The position numbers were made by a program, and so were the translations under genes. 64,000 nt of DNA from Sphaerodactylus townsendi (Eukaryota): assembly GCF_021028975.2 (NCBI RefSeq), contig NC_059436.1, positions 1,984,001-2,048,000 of the forward strand, in the 5' to 3' direction. This document shows, in pieces, positions 52,493 through 64,000 of this stretch. The notes beneath the pieces were generated by a model that was given only the letters and a program-made list of their open reading frames with translations, was not told the origin of the DNA and did no database searches. Within the stretch, counting starts at the first letter, position 1. Each line of letters starts with the position of its first letter.

Positions 52493-52646
52493 AATACAGA
52501 ATTCCCTTGATTAACTAATCTGTTGACCTTAGAAGGACATGACTTTGTGAATTGTTGTGTTTGAGAAAAGCAGGGTATAAATCTAAACTCCTCTTCTAAT
52601 ACAGAATTCCCTTGATTAACTAATCTGTTGACCTTAGAAGGACATG
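52437..52646 (+). repeat. Perfect 105-bp direct tandem duplication
   Basis: Units 52437-52541 and 52542-52646 (actttgtgaattg...agaaggacatg), also visible as a repeated peptide in ORF 52399-52719. Confidence 0.95.
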
Positions 52647-53574
52647 GCTGATCCAATCCATTCTGGGGGTCCCCCCCCACTTTTCCCCCCATATTTTGGC
52701 TTCTGGTGTATAGAGGCACCCCTGAAGCTGCATATATCAGTTTCTCTGCTTGGATTCACAGGGCCACACCTGGGAGGCAGCGCCATATACTCTACCCAGA
52801 TTTAGAGTATTTCCCAGCTGAGAATTTCTAGGATCAGTTGTTGTAAAAGGCAATGACAGACTGCTCAGCTCACCAGGCAAGAACATGAAGCTTGGTTCTC
52901 ATTATGCATATTCTCTGGCCAATCCAAAAGCTGTACACTAAATCTGCTAAAATTATGTTGCAAAGCAATATTCCACACTGTGGCTCTAGAAGGCTTTGAA
53001 TGCTGATCCTGGGTAGGTGACTTGGTTAAGCCCCAGCTTCAGACTGTTAAATTTCTGGTTCAAGCCCCATAGTCCCCAACATGAAAGCACAGGAGTCTGA
53101 ACAACTCATTTCAGTGTAGTGGCTGGTTTCATCTAAATGCATTTTTTGTACCATCTATGATTTAAAGCGCTGACCATTGAAACCACTGCAGAGCAACAAT
53201 ATGGGACAAACACAATACACTGATCATCATGTTCCCCTGCAGCACAAGTCTTTTCAGCTGAAGGCAGGCACCCTGAATGAAACTGTTCTGACTCTTGACA
53301 AGCTAAAGATTAAAGTGGATGCCCAACTTCTTCACAGAACACGTCACTCTAAGTATGAGTAGTTTGCCAGAGCAGGCATCAGGGGACATTCTTTTTACAT
53401 CCTCGTGACGTTTTATTTGTGTTGTACAGAAAGTATCACACGTTGTTCTACAGTCGTTCTCCACCTAGCATGGCTAGAGTGTCAGACTAAGATCTGGGAG
53501 ACCCAGGTTCGAATCTCTGCTCTGCCATAAAAGCTTGGGCCAATCACTCTCTCTCAGCCTAAACTACTCTCATA

Positions 53575-54251
53575 GGTCGAATCCCCACTTGAAATTTGCA
53601 CGCAGATCCAAACCTGTCCATTGTGAAACTGTGTTTCATCGGAGTTTCTCCCTCCTCACCGCAGCGAGCACACAGCAGACACACCCGGTTGCAGAACTCT
53701 TAGCAATCCCCACTATCAGGTGAGCTCGCTTCGCCAGTCTCCCCTGATTGGCTGGCATGCCTTGATGGGGCGGGACCTTTTCCCACTGCGGAAACGTACA
53801 TTGTAGGGGCGTGATCAAAAAAGCGTGTAAAAGTTCAACGTTTAACTGTGCAAACGGTCAATCGTTACCTGTGTAAACCATTAACACCCGTGTTACACAT
53901 TTGACTGTTTAAGGTTTGCATCCCCTTCGGCTGGCCGATCGCAAAAGTGGAAACAAAACTAAGGAAAGGCTGTGCTTGCATTGCAGCGCTGATTGGTTGC
54001 CTGAATTCCACGTCACACTCCAGGGTGGGAAACGAGTCAGGGTTTCAATCCTCATCCCTCCTCTCAGATCAGCTCTGAACTGTGTTAATGGGGTCTATGC
54101 CACTTGCAACCAGGTCCTGCCGGAACGCGGATTAACGGGGAGAACGAGCACCAGAAACGGAATCTGCCACGCAAGCAATGGGGAGGTCGTCCCTCAAACC
54201 TGGTTAGTTTGTGTTCTGAAACCTGGCTAAGACGGTAGTGGGGATTCAGTC
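53575..54251. mobile_element. 677-bp non-autonomous PIF/Harbinger-like DNA transposon nested in an older SINE (~53465-54350)
   Basis: TIR ggtcgaatccccact / agtggggattcagtc, 3-bp TSD ata (53572-53574, 54252-54254). SINE head (ggttcgaatc B-box) lies upstream and the SINE 3' part downstream. Confidence 0.72.
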
Positions 54252-55865
54252 ATAGAGACAGGGAGGATAAAATGGAGGAAGAAAGAATGAGGTTGAAGCT
54301 TACTTTGGGTTTCCACTGCAGAGGACAGCAGGCTATAAATATCTAAAATAAAAGGGCCTGGAAAAGAGGAAAGGAGGTGATTGTAACTAAGTATCAAGGT
54401 AGCCTCAGCTGATTTAACAAGAAATGCAAATATCCAGAAAGATCTGGGTTGACACTGGCTGCAAAATCAAACACCTGCAAATTAAGAATGCCAAATATAG
54501 TTAGCTATATGAGCAACTATATTTAGTTCAGCCTCTTTGGGCAAAAATTATAAAATAAAGAACTGTTTGCATTTCTTAAAATATATTTAACTTGATCCCA
54601 TGAGCTGCTGAACAGACACTAAAACAGGCCAGAATCCGGCGGGTGTGAGACAGTGTGGAGAAGCTGGATTGGAACAATGGCCCAATTTGTACAGGTACAT
54701 AAGCTCTACTTGCCTTTTTTGCAGACAAAGTGGCACTGAGCCCCAGTAATGCACAGGATAACTGACATGTCCCATGTCCTTGAGAGACAAGATGACCTGG
54801 GAATCCTTTATACAACTAATTATGCAATAAATGTTGTAGCCAGAGTTGACGTAAGCATGTTTTCCTTGCATAGGAGATGGATGAAGGCCTCTATCCTACA
54901 CTCACAAGGTAATGACAGTGTGTCACATCAATGGCAACATAAACATTTCATATCCCCCCCCCCCCTTTTTTTTTTTTTTTTTTTTTTGTTTAGATGAGAC
55001 TTTAAGCAAAGAGAAAGAGAGAAAAGAGAGACTGGAGAAAGATGCACATTGTAGTGAAGCTTAAACTGAAAAATGTAGCGTGTTCATTCAACACTGATAA
55101 AAATAGATGACAACTAAAATGCACCCCATTTTTTATTTTTAAATCTCATGAATTTCTCCACCAGGCTCAAAGTAAGAGGGGGGATTAGAAGCAGAAGTTC
55201 ACATACTGTACATAGCTTCTCCGCTATTACCAGGCTAAGAAAAGCGGTCCTTCCAGATTTCCAGTTCATCTCGGCCTAGAAGAACTCGGCTTGGCCTCGA
55301 GAATGTGGCTGGGAGTGCAGCTAACAGATACGTTAGACATCAAATGAAATTAAAAAGGCCTGTCACAGCTTGAATTGAAGATCCCATAGGGAAAAGCTGC
55401 TTTCCTCTCATAACCCATCCTCAAACTAACATCAGATGTTACAGGAAAGATGAAATGTAGGATGCAAAGGGAGGAGGGTTGTTCTCCATAGTCCAAATAT
55501 TGGTTTTGGGCAAAAAAAGGTGCATGACTGAGAAAAGCTGAGCTGAGTTTTCCTGAGCTCTCCAGAACCTCTTCCTTCCCTTCGCTTCTAAATAAGGCTG
55601 CTTCTGGCACTGGAGATCATACGTTTTGGTGGCCAAACCACCCCTAGGAATGCCCCTGTCAGGCCGATGCAACTGGGGGTAGCATGTGAGCACTGACGCA
55701 AGGCCAGGTGCCGTAGCTGGCTGTCCCAGGGTGCTGCAGCAGCCAGGTACTACTGGATTTGACCCTCCGCTGGGATAAGTGCCCCAGGAAGGGTATTTCC
55801 ACTGGCATAGGCCCATGCTGCCTCCAACGGGGATTTGCTCCCACCCCAGATTGGGCTGTTAGAGA

Positions 55866-56006
55866 AGCCCCTTCCGCACATGCAAAATAGTGCGTTTTCA
55901 AACCACTTTCACAACTGTTTGCAAGTGGATATTGCTATTCCGCACCGCCTCAAAGAGTACCGAAAGCAGTTTGAAAGTGCATTATTCTGCATAAAAGGAA
56001 TGAGCC
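55866..56006. mobile_element. Second independent copy of the 140-bp Harbinger-like MITE
   Basis: gccccttccgcacatgcaaaatagtgc...gcattattctgcat...ggaatgagcc, homologous to 37867-38006. Confidence 0.72.
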
Positions 56007-58297
56007 TGAGATTGAAAAAGCCATTCTTTGCCTGGTTAAACTGAAGAGCCACTGTCAGCCAGTGTAGATAGTATGACCCTGATAGGAACCAAGCTGCCTT
56101 CAAATTCAAGGGGAAGCTTCATATGTTCCACACCTGTAGCATGTCTTGCTTAGGGAAACCCACCAGGAGACATTTTAGGTTTCTATTTGTCATATAGTAA
56201 CAGCTTCTATTCTTAACTACTGGTTGATGTGATTTCCTTGTTTTAAACTGTGATTTGATGTGATTTTCTGGTTTTGAAATGCTCTTTAATGCTTTCCCTG
56301 GTAGGGTCTTAACTTCATTATTCTCTTTGTTTGCTTTGCATTTTTGTAAGTCATTCTGAGCACAGAACTCTGTAGAAAAGCAATTGGCTAAGGCATTCTG
56401 CCCACTTGTTCTGTTTACTGATTGGGATAAGATTACTAATTTGTCTGTTCCTCTGCCAGCAGAGCATGATGCTAAGGTTTGCAGTAAATTATTACAGCTG
56501 AAATCTGATATTCTGGTAGGAGGTATCGTTAATTCTTTTGCCACTTGCAAATTATCAATGTGTGAGAAAACTGGATGGAGCTGGAAATGTGGAAGGGGAA
56601 GAAATGGCACTGAGATGGATATTTACAGCCAACCCAGGTCCAGTTATTCCCAGTGGTGGAATAACATTGAAGATGGGGCATAAGAAAAATACATACTTCC
56701 ACTGAAGTCAATTAAGAGCTCCAATTTTTCTCCCTTCATTTCTGCACCCACAGCTCCTTTCTGACCAGCTCATAAGTTTGGATCTGCTGGCTTCTTATCC
56801 TATTTTTCAGGATAACAGCACAGCAAACGGAGTAGAGTCTGCATCTTACACACAGTCTAGACTGGAGCACTGCCAGGGATGAGGGCAAATATTCCAGCAG
56901 TTTAATATTCTCCAGACTTCTGCTTCCCACTACTAATGGTGCATCACTGCACACAGCAGTTCAAATGTAAAAGAAGAGAAAGAGGGAGTAGGACAACAAA
57001 ACATCCTGAGAGACACTGGCACTCACCCCAATGAGCATGGCAGAATAGATGCGGAGGGGGCAGGCAAAAAGGATCACATCCAGAAGAATGAATGATCTAA
57101 AGAGCTATCTGAGAGAGTACAGTGCTAGAAACTGTTGTGTGTTACCACAGTGCACAATCAAAATCTTCCATATCCTTTTGTCTGGGAGACTGCACTTAGG
57201 TACTGAATTGTGGTGTTGTACAAGAACTATGGTTCTATGAGCATTAAAAACCAAACAAATATACACAGTATCCCTTTAGTGCAGTGCTGTGTCTGGGATT
57301 CTTAGCCCCATCCATGGTACTGAGAAAGATTAGGATGTGCATGGACTAGAATCCAGATCTCCTGTTTCAGATAGCATAAATACACGGACAACGGAGCAGG
57401 CAGAAGGGGGACACGTGATAGCTGACCAATAAAATAGGCAAAAGCCAATCCAAATTATGCATTTTAACTGGCACTAGTTTCAATGGGAGAGCATTAAAAA
57501 TATGCTTAATTGGACTGAGGGAGGCTCTGTTTAAATGCTTTAATATTGCTGGATTATTCTTATAGTCTCAGCTGAGCCTGAGGATTTAGGGTACAATGTA
57601 AATATAATCCACTTATTCCAGAACTCATTAAAGAATTTTCAAAAGCCTTCTAAATCCAATTCTAGCTTTGAGCACCCAGCAGCTGTCCTCTCAGAAATCT
57701 TCCGCATGCCATTGCTCCATCGCCTCTCGCCTGCTCTGCCAGAGTGACCTTTTGCCATTCTCTCTGTAATAACTTTCTCGAGATTATTTCTATCTCAATA
57801 CCAAACATGGACAAAATACTTAAATGCGGGCTAACTGATTTCCGAAAGGAAGATCAGTTTTCCTCGAGTAACATTTTCAACAGGCATATTGGACTTCATC
57901 GCCTGCTGTCTTCCTCTACTTATGTGTCAGCAACCGAAGTCTTTGGAATAGGGTTGTCTGCAATTCAGTGAATAAATATTGGGGAGGGGAGATTTTACAT
58001 AGTCTCTTAATTACTTGCCAAGTGTGCACGAATGACATTTGCATGGCCATATCGTTTATCTGACAAATAGTTTGGAGGAAACTCTTGCTTTCTAAATGGC
58101 AATTGCAGACAGCCAGCTTGGCTTGTTAAGACTGATAAGTAGACACATTCACCAATGCTCCAGTACTCCAGTGGGCTAGTCAGCTTCAGAACAGGGAAAT
58201 GTTCACAACTGAATAATATTTGTCAAATGTAGTGAGTTACTAGAGCCAAAACTCAGCAGACATAAGCTAAGGGTTCATGATGAAAGAAGATCTGTTA

Positions 58298-58470
58298 TAT
58301 TGTCGAAGACTTTCACTCATGGTAGAATCATTAGGGTATTGTATTTTTCTGAGAAGGGACATAATTTGTATATTTTTTCTCCTGACGTTTCACAACAGAT
58401 GCAGGTGAAACATCAGGAGAAAATGCTACTGGAACATGGCCATACAACTCGGAAAACCCACAACAGCCTA
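58298..58470. mobile_element. Second Penelope-like terminal fragment (different subfamily)
   Basis: tattgtcgaagactttcac, inverted pair ttttctcctgacgtttcac / gtgaaacatcaggagaaaa, and ggccatacaactcggaaaacccac. Confidence 0.6.
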
Positions 58471-59573
58471 GAAGATCTATTGTTTTTAAACTGCAAATAG
58501 CAGCTAGTGGGGAGGAACTCAGATCAGGATCTACGGCATGGGGGATTTGACTCTTTCCCCTCCCTGGAGCTTCAGTTTCTCAAAAAATATTTAGGTATTC
58601 ACTGGGTATCTGTATATTTTTCCCTATGGTGCATATATTTATTTGCTTACTTGCTCCATTTATAGCCTGCCTTTCTTATTGACACTAAAAGAGGATTACA
58701 TAATTAGAAAGCATTGCAATAAAGGTCTTATAATACAAGTGACAGTGAGTGCAATAAAACTGGTTCACATTATTAGAGCCCTGCAGGGAGGGGAAATACA
58801 TTGAAATCTGAAAGATGGTATAGAGGAAAGAGTTAAATACTCTCTCCTGCACTGCAGCCCCAATTTAAATCAAAGTTACCCAGAGCTGATATTTGTACTT
58901 TTAAATCAGCAAATTCACTGATGCATTTCACACCCTCTTATCACTTTATGCCCTAAAATCACAGCGCATTTTTAAAGCATTTGTTTGTGCCACCCATCAA
59001 CGAAGAGACATTTTAAATGAACTATGGAAGTAAAGAAAAGGACAGGCTGACCTGAGTCACCAGCCAGAGGCCAAGAATTGCTGGGATGATGCAACCCTCC
59101 TTCCCCACCGAGAGTATGAATCAAAAGCAAACATAAAATTTAATCTTATGAGAACTGCAGAGAGACTGTGTCTGAAGGTACAATGGAATACAATGAAATG
59201 TATTTAATATAGAATGAAACCAGAATTTGCATAGCGTTCAAATAATTAGTAGATAACTTCTAACAATGGCAAAAAGGTATTTAAAAAATGTATAAACATT
59301 CCTGCACAGACTAGTGCCACATATATATCCAAGCAGTGTCTTAAAGTTTGCATGCAATGCAAACTCCTCCTTTAGCCAAAGCATTTTCCAAAGTGGAGGC
59401 AAACACGTGGCATCTCTTTTTATTCATATTTGCTAGACATGTCCAAAGAACTGTAGACTCACCAGCGAGGATCTTGTTCAGCAATACTTTTCCCAGTCCC
59501 ATGACAGAGCAGGGACAGTGTGGAAGGTGGAGGCTTCCTCTAGTCCACACCCACCCATCCACGCCCAGGACAG

Positions 59574-59910
59574 AGAGCTAGAGTGGTGTATTGGTTAAGA
59601 GCAGGTGGGTTCTAATCTGGAGAACTGGGTTTGATTCCACACTCCTCCACCTGAGTGGCAAAGGCTTATCAGGTGAACCAGATGTGTTTCCATACTCCTA
59701 CATTCCTGCTGTGTGACCTTGGGCTAGTCACAGTTATTCAGAACTATCTCAGCCTCACCTACTTCACAAGGTGTCTGTTGTGGGGAGAGGAAGGGAAAGG
59801 AGTTTGTAAGCCACCTTGAGTCCCCTTGAGAAAGGTGGGGTATAAATACAAGCTACTACTCCTACTACTCCCCCTCTTCTTCTTCTTCTTCTTCTTCTTC
59901 TTCTTCTTCT

Positions 59911-59944
<34 letters not shown>
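59574..59944 (+). mobile_element. Squam3-type SINE with expanded compound tail (CTA)n/(TTC)n/(CTG)n
   Basis: Head gagagctagagtggtgtattggttaagagc and CORE, then (ttc)n ~59875-59915 and (ctg)n ~59915-59944. Confidence 0.85.
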
Positions 59945-59945
<1 letters not shown>

Positions 59946-60809
59946 CTTAGCAGCAGATGGGATAGCGATGGGGGTCAACAGCAGTTCTTGTCCTCTTCCA
60001 GTGCTGCCATCTTACCAGGCAAGGGTGGGGGAGCATAGGTTCCTGCCTGCCTTCACAGCTACCACCTTAGTGCCATTTTTAGTGGGGATGGGTGTAGAGG
60101 CTCCCCCTTACTCTTTGCCCAGTCCCCACACATCTCCAATAATGCCCCTTCAATGGTGGATGAAAGGAGGTGGCCCCCAGGAGACAGCTGTCTTGCACTA
60201 ACATGAACAACTGCTCCATATTGGGGGGGGGCATTTAGAAACACACACACACAACCTCTTTAAGACTTCAAATTTTCTTCAAACCTGGGAAATCACTCAA
60301 GTATGGAGAAAAATCTCTCTTTTGTCAATGTGGCCCCCATCTGCAGATTTCAGTATGAAAAAAAGAGTTGGTTTTTATACCCCACTTTAAATATCCAGAG
60401 ATGGGGGCCATGTTGAGAATGAGAAATATTGAATGGGGCTATTTGGTATTTTAAGCAGCCGCCTCTCTTCACTCGCAATAGCTTCTGACAGCCAGCTGAA
60501 GAGAGCTGTTTTATGCAGCTCACTGCACTCTGGAAATAAAATCTAAAATGTTAGCTCTCTGCCCCAGGTCATTATAAAAGTGGCACACAGCAAACAGGAA
60601 TGAAATCCAGCAATAAGGCATTGACTGATGGCCACAAGGCACACAGGACTCACTGAACATATGCCTAAGATCTGCAAATCATATGCATGCACCAGGAAGT
60701 TGCCTTGCCTGCAGTATTGTCTGTGTGTATTTGTGTGTATGCGTGACCCCAAAGGGTTTTCAAGGTAAGAGATGGTCAGAAATGGTTTTCCATTGCCTGA
60801 TTCTGAGAG

Positions 60810-60905
60810 AACCCTGACTCCCCAAGGTCACCCAGCAGGCTTCATGTGGAGGAATAAGGAATCAAACCTGGTTCTCCAGATTGGAGTCCGCCGCTCTTAT
60901 CCACT
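60810..60905 (-). mobile_element. Partial SINE (head + CORE)
   Basis: cccaaggtcacccagcaggcttcatgtggagg...ggaatcaaacctggttctccagattggagtcc. Confidence 0.65.
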
Positions 60906-61009
60906 CATTTTTTTTACTTGTGGCTTAGGGGGAGGGGCACGTCAATGATAACGTTTTATATTTGGTGGGCAGTAGTGAATTAAAGGCTAAAAACCACCAA
61001 TGAGAGGAA

Positions 61010-62285
61010 GGTCATTTCTGCACGGTCCAAATATCCCAGGTTGAGCAAGGGAAATATTTGGCCAAGAAGTTCGAACAGTTCCTGGTCCTAGAGCAGGTTT
61101 GTCTCGCAATATTTCCCTCATCCTGGGATTTTCAAAAATCGCCAATTTGGCAATTCTTTTCAAAAATCCCGGGTTGAACCTGCTACCGTGCAAATGTTAT
61201 GGGGGCAGAACCAGTTTATTTTCCCCACGCAGCCTCCTGATCTCCCCGCCCTGCCCCCCCCCTGATCTCCCCACCTGATGTCATGTTAGTTTTCAACTGT
61301 GCTGAGCCACCAACTGTTGCAGCCAACCCTTCCCAAAATGTCCCCCCCCCAAGCACGTTTTCTGCTCATGGTATTGACTGGGTGCAATTTCACCTGGGTT
61401 AATAATGCGTGGAGTCCCAAAATGTCCCTGTTTCTTTTCTGTACAAGTACTGGTTGCTCAGAGCACATAGCTAAGGAGATGTGCACTTTGGGCTGAATGT
61501 TAGTGGGCATATCATTGTGGGGGGGAGGGGGATCTCATGTTTTCCACAGAAAATATGAGAACATGAGTAGGAATGTGATATCATGCTGTGCCCCATTGTT
61601 TTTTGCTGCCGCTTGCCATGCTGAGGTCTGCGCCGGGCCCTATCCTGAAGTGGAAAAAATGCAGGGGCTTCATTTTCAGGGGCTTCATTTTCCCCTGCTC
61701 ACTGTGGGTTGACCAATCAGAAGCGCAGCCTTTTTGTGTGGGTGGCAACAGCCCGAAACAAACCTTGGCCAGAAAACGCCACTTTGAGTTCCGGATCCAG
61801 GCTCAATAGGCTCAGATCTCCCAGCTCAAAAAACATGCTCCTACCCAAAAACCGCAGAGCAGATGTAAAGGCAGGCACCAGCAATTCAAATTCAAAAGAC
61901 TGTGCAAAGACATTCAAAAAACATCCCAAAAAGCCAGCCAATCAGAACATGTGACACCAGGGATGTTCGTGCATGTGCGGATACGTTTGCAGTGTAAAAA
62001 CAAAAGACCCAGGCTCGTGCAAAACAAACTGGAGTATTTCCTCCTGGTCTTCGCTCAATCTCAGAAGAGCTGAGTAATGAGCCACCTGCACAAAGGGGGA
62101 CAGAGGCAGAGGCGTTTTCCAAACCGGCAAAATATCCCGGGGGAAAACCGAAATCATACATTCTAGGACGTTTCTATCTCGGTTTCTCCCTCCGGACAGC
62201 AGCCCGGCAGCGCTTTCAGAGTGGGAGGAAGAACTCCAGGTGATTACGCATGCCCCCCAGTTTAGTTTCATTTTCCTCGCCGACG
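61010..62285. mobile_element. CpG-enriched cluster of probable Harbinger-like DNA-transposon remnants
   Basis: Two similar left-end-like motifs, ggtcatttctgcacggtccaaatatcccagg (61010) and ggcgttttccaaaccggcaaaatatcccggg (~62111). No closing TIR found. Confidence 0.3.
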
Positions 62286-62289
62286 TTGC

Positions 62290-62545
62290 CACACATGACC
62301 TCCTATAAAAACCTTGTTGTGGGCTTGCCTCTGCCTGGGTACAACAAGTGTATTCCCTGGTGTGCTCCATGTGCCTGGTCTTCCTCTGACCTCCAACTCT
62401 CAGCCTGCCTACCTGATCTCCTGCCTGTGATTTGACATGGCTGTACCTTTGCCTACTGCCTGCCCTGACTTTGGCCTGTCTTGACTACACCTCGTTTGCT
62501 GCCCACCTGGACATTGGTCTGTCTGGCCACACCCTAGCAAGCACA
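62290..62545 (+). mobile_element. Possible Gypsy-type LTR fragment
   Basis: TATA-like tataaaa followed by pyrimidine-rich repeats (cctgccctgactttggcctgtcttgactac) reminiscent of vertebrate Gypsy U5 regions. No TSD seen. Confidence 0.3.
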
Positions 62546-62900
62546 TGCTGGCAGCACACATTTCTATCATCAACAAGACATTTAAGCAGGGAGGGAATTT
62601 ACAGCCTGGCTATGCGGATGTAGACAAAGGAAAGATCCCACGTTCACCAATACGTTTTCTGACAAGAAGACAAAGGATTAGAAAGGCTTCAGGGTTCAGG
62701 CAAAAGAGAGTTTGGCCAGCTTGACCCATTTAAATTGCAGTCAATAAGGACAGGGCTAAAGACATAGGCCCAATAAAAGTTCTTATTTCACAATTTTATC
62801 TTACAATTTCTTCAAGGAGCTCAAGGTGTATTTATAGTTCTTTCATTTCCAATAAATCCTCACAACATCACTATGTAGGAGACTGGAACTGGGGGGAGGG

Positions 62901-62907
62901 GTGTGTG

Positions 62908-62955
<48 letters not shown>

Positions 62956-62965
62956 TGTGTGTGTG
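62901..62965. repeat. (GT)n/(GCGT)n microsatellite
   Basis: gtgtgtgtgcgtgcgtgcgt...gtgtgtg. Confidence 0.95.
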
Positions 62966-63590
62966 GCCAACTAATCAAAGGCCATCCTGGGTTTCAATCC
63001 TAAAAAGTATTACTTAGTAGTGGTAGTACTCCAAATCCTCTCTTCTGATCTGCCACCAAGATTCTTCCTGCTGCGTTAGATGGTCCCGGGGGGGGGGGGG
63101 TGTCCTTAGCTGTTCTGACTGTGCATGGCAGGTTGCTTATAGTAGCTCTGGAGTAATCTATGAAATCTATTCATATAAATGTGCAAAAGCCAGTTCTGAA
63201 CTTTGAAAAAAATCAGCCTACATGCTTCTACCTCCTGCTTGACAAGAAGCTTTTGATGATAAGAACATCAGAGATTTTCTACACATTTCATTGGATCATC
63301 ACCTCTGGCAACCCACATATTATTACGTGGGAAGCTGTATTGGAAAGTCGTGTTCTAGCATCACTTCAGCCTCACTAGTGCAAGTCATAGAGTTGCCAAC
63401 TCCAGAATGGGAAATTCCTGGAGATTTGGATGTAGAGCTTTGGGAGGGTGTGGTTTGGAGAGAGGAAGAACTTCAGTGGGGTATAATGCCGTACAGTCCA
63501 CACTCCAAAGCAGCCACTTTCTCAACTCTGCCACATGGAAATCAGTTGTAATTCTGGGAGATCTCTAGGTCTCACCTGAAGGTTTGCAAC

Positions 63591-63846
63591 CAGGGGCATA
63601 CCACCCAGAGGAATATATGGGGTCAAATGTCCCCAGACTGCAGCCATTTAGTTAAGGGGGGGGGCATAAAATCACCCCTCGCCCCTCTCCTCCTTCTCCC
63701 CAGGTCCATACACTGACTTCAATACCTGGTGCAAAAAAAAGTTGTTTGGTTGTAGTGGGGGAAAGCAGCCGCCCATGGCGAGGGGTGGGGGAGGTCAGAA
63801 AATTCAGATCTTGCACCAGGCTACATTTTTCCTAGATGCGCCTCTG
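63591..63846. mobile_element. 256-bp hAT-type MITE nested in the right TIR of an older TAGGGTTGCC-type element (63388-63858)
   Basis: Termini caggggcatac / gatgcgcctctg. Perfect 8-bp TSD tttgcaac at 63583-63590 and 63847-63854. Confidence 0.82.
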
Positions 63847-64000
63847 TTTGCAACCCTAGGCTCAATGTCATACCACCATGTTTATGGAATATTGCCCACT
63901 AAAATCTGAGATCCATTCCTCCTCACATCTACTTTTTTTCTCCCACAGTTGGACTTTAATGCATGACAGGTGGGAAATGGCAATCACCTAATCCAGGGGA

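Noticed and set aside
56850-56946. Possible minus-strand exon (cag|TGATGCACC...TGT|gtaaga)
   Set aside because: Weak donor context, unrecognised peptide and no supporting neighbouring exons.
59826-60038. Poly-Phe/poly-Cys ORF
   Set aside because: It is the translation of the (TTC)n(CTG)n microsatellite.

Overview
This is non-coding, repeat-rich vertebrate DNA, most likely from a squamate and probably a gecko, judged from abundant Squam3-type SINEs, CR1 tails and lizard-type hAT/Harbinger MITEs. No host protein-coding exon can be confidently recognised, and nearly all ORFs in the track are spurious or transposon-derived. The dominant structure is a giant inverted duplication: 1-26774 is the reverse complement of 26875-49623, mirrored around a 91-N gap, and it probably continues left of the window. 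The arms differ by many 1-3 bp indels and by one clean event. A ~3.3 kb 5'-truncated RTE/RTEX-like LINE with a 13-bp TSD sits only in the left arm (5042-8383), and the right arm has the empty site (44555-44567). The best explanation is two haplotypes assembled head-to-head with error-prone long-read sequence (a false duplication), though a real palindrome is not excluded. Both arms carry a fossil DIRS1-type tyrosine-recombinase retrotransposon, a CpG island with a possible first-exon donor, a Penelope-like inverted terminus with a hammerhead-ribozyme-like motif, a palindromic hAT MITE inserted into a SINE A-box, and two tiny LINE 3'-end insertions with TSDs. The region 49.6-64 kb, which has no mirror inside the window, holds further SINEs, nested DNA transposons, a perfect 105-bp tandem duplication and microsatellites. 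I found no convincing novel gene system. The most promising leads are the apparently active LINE family and the status of the palindrome.
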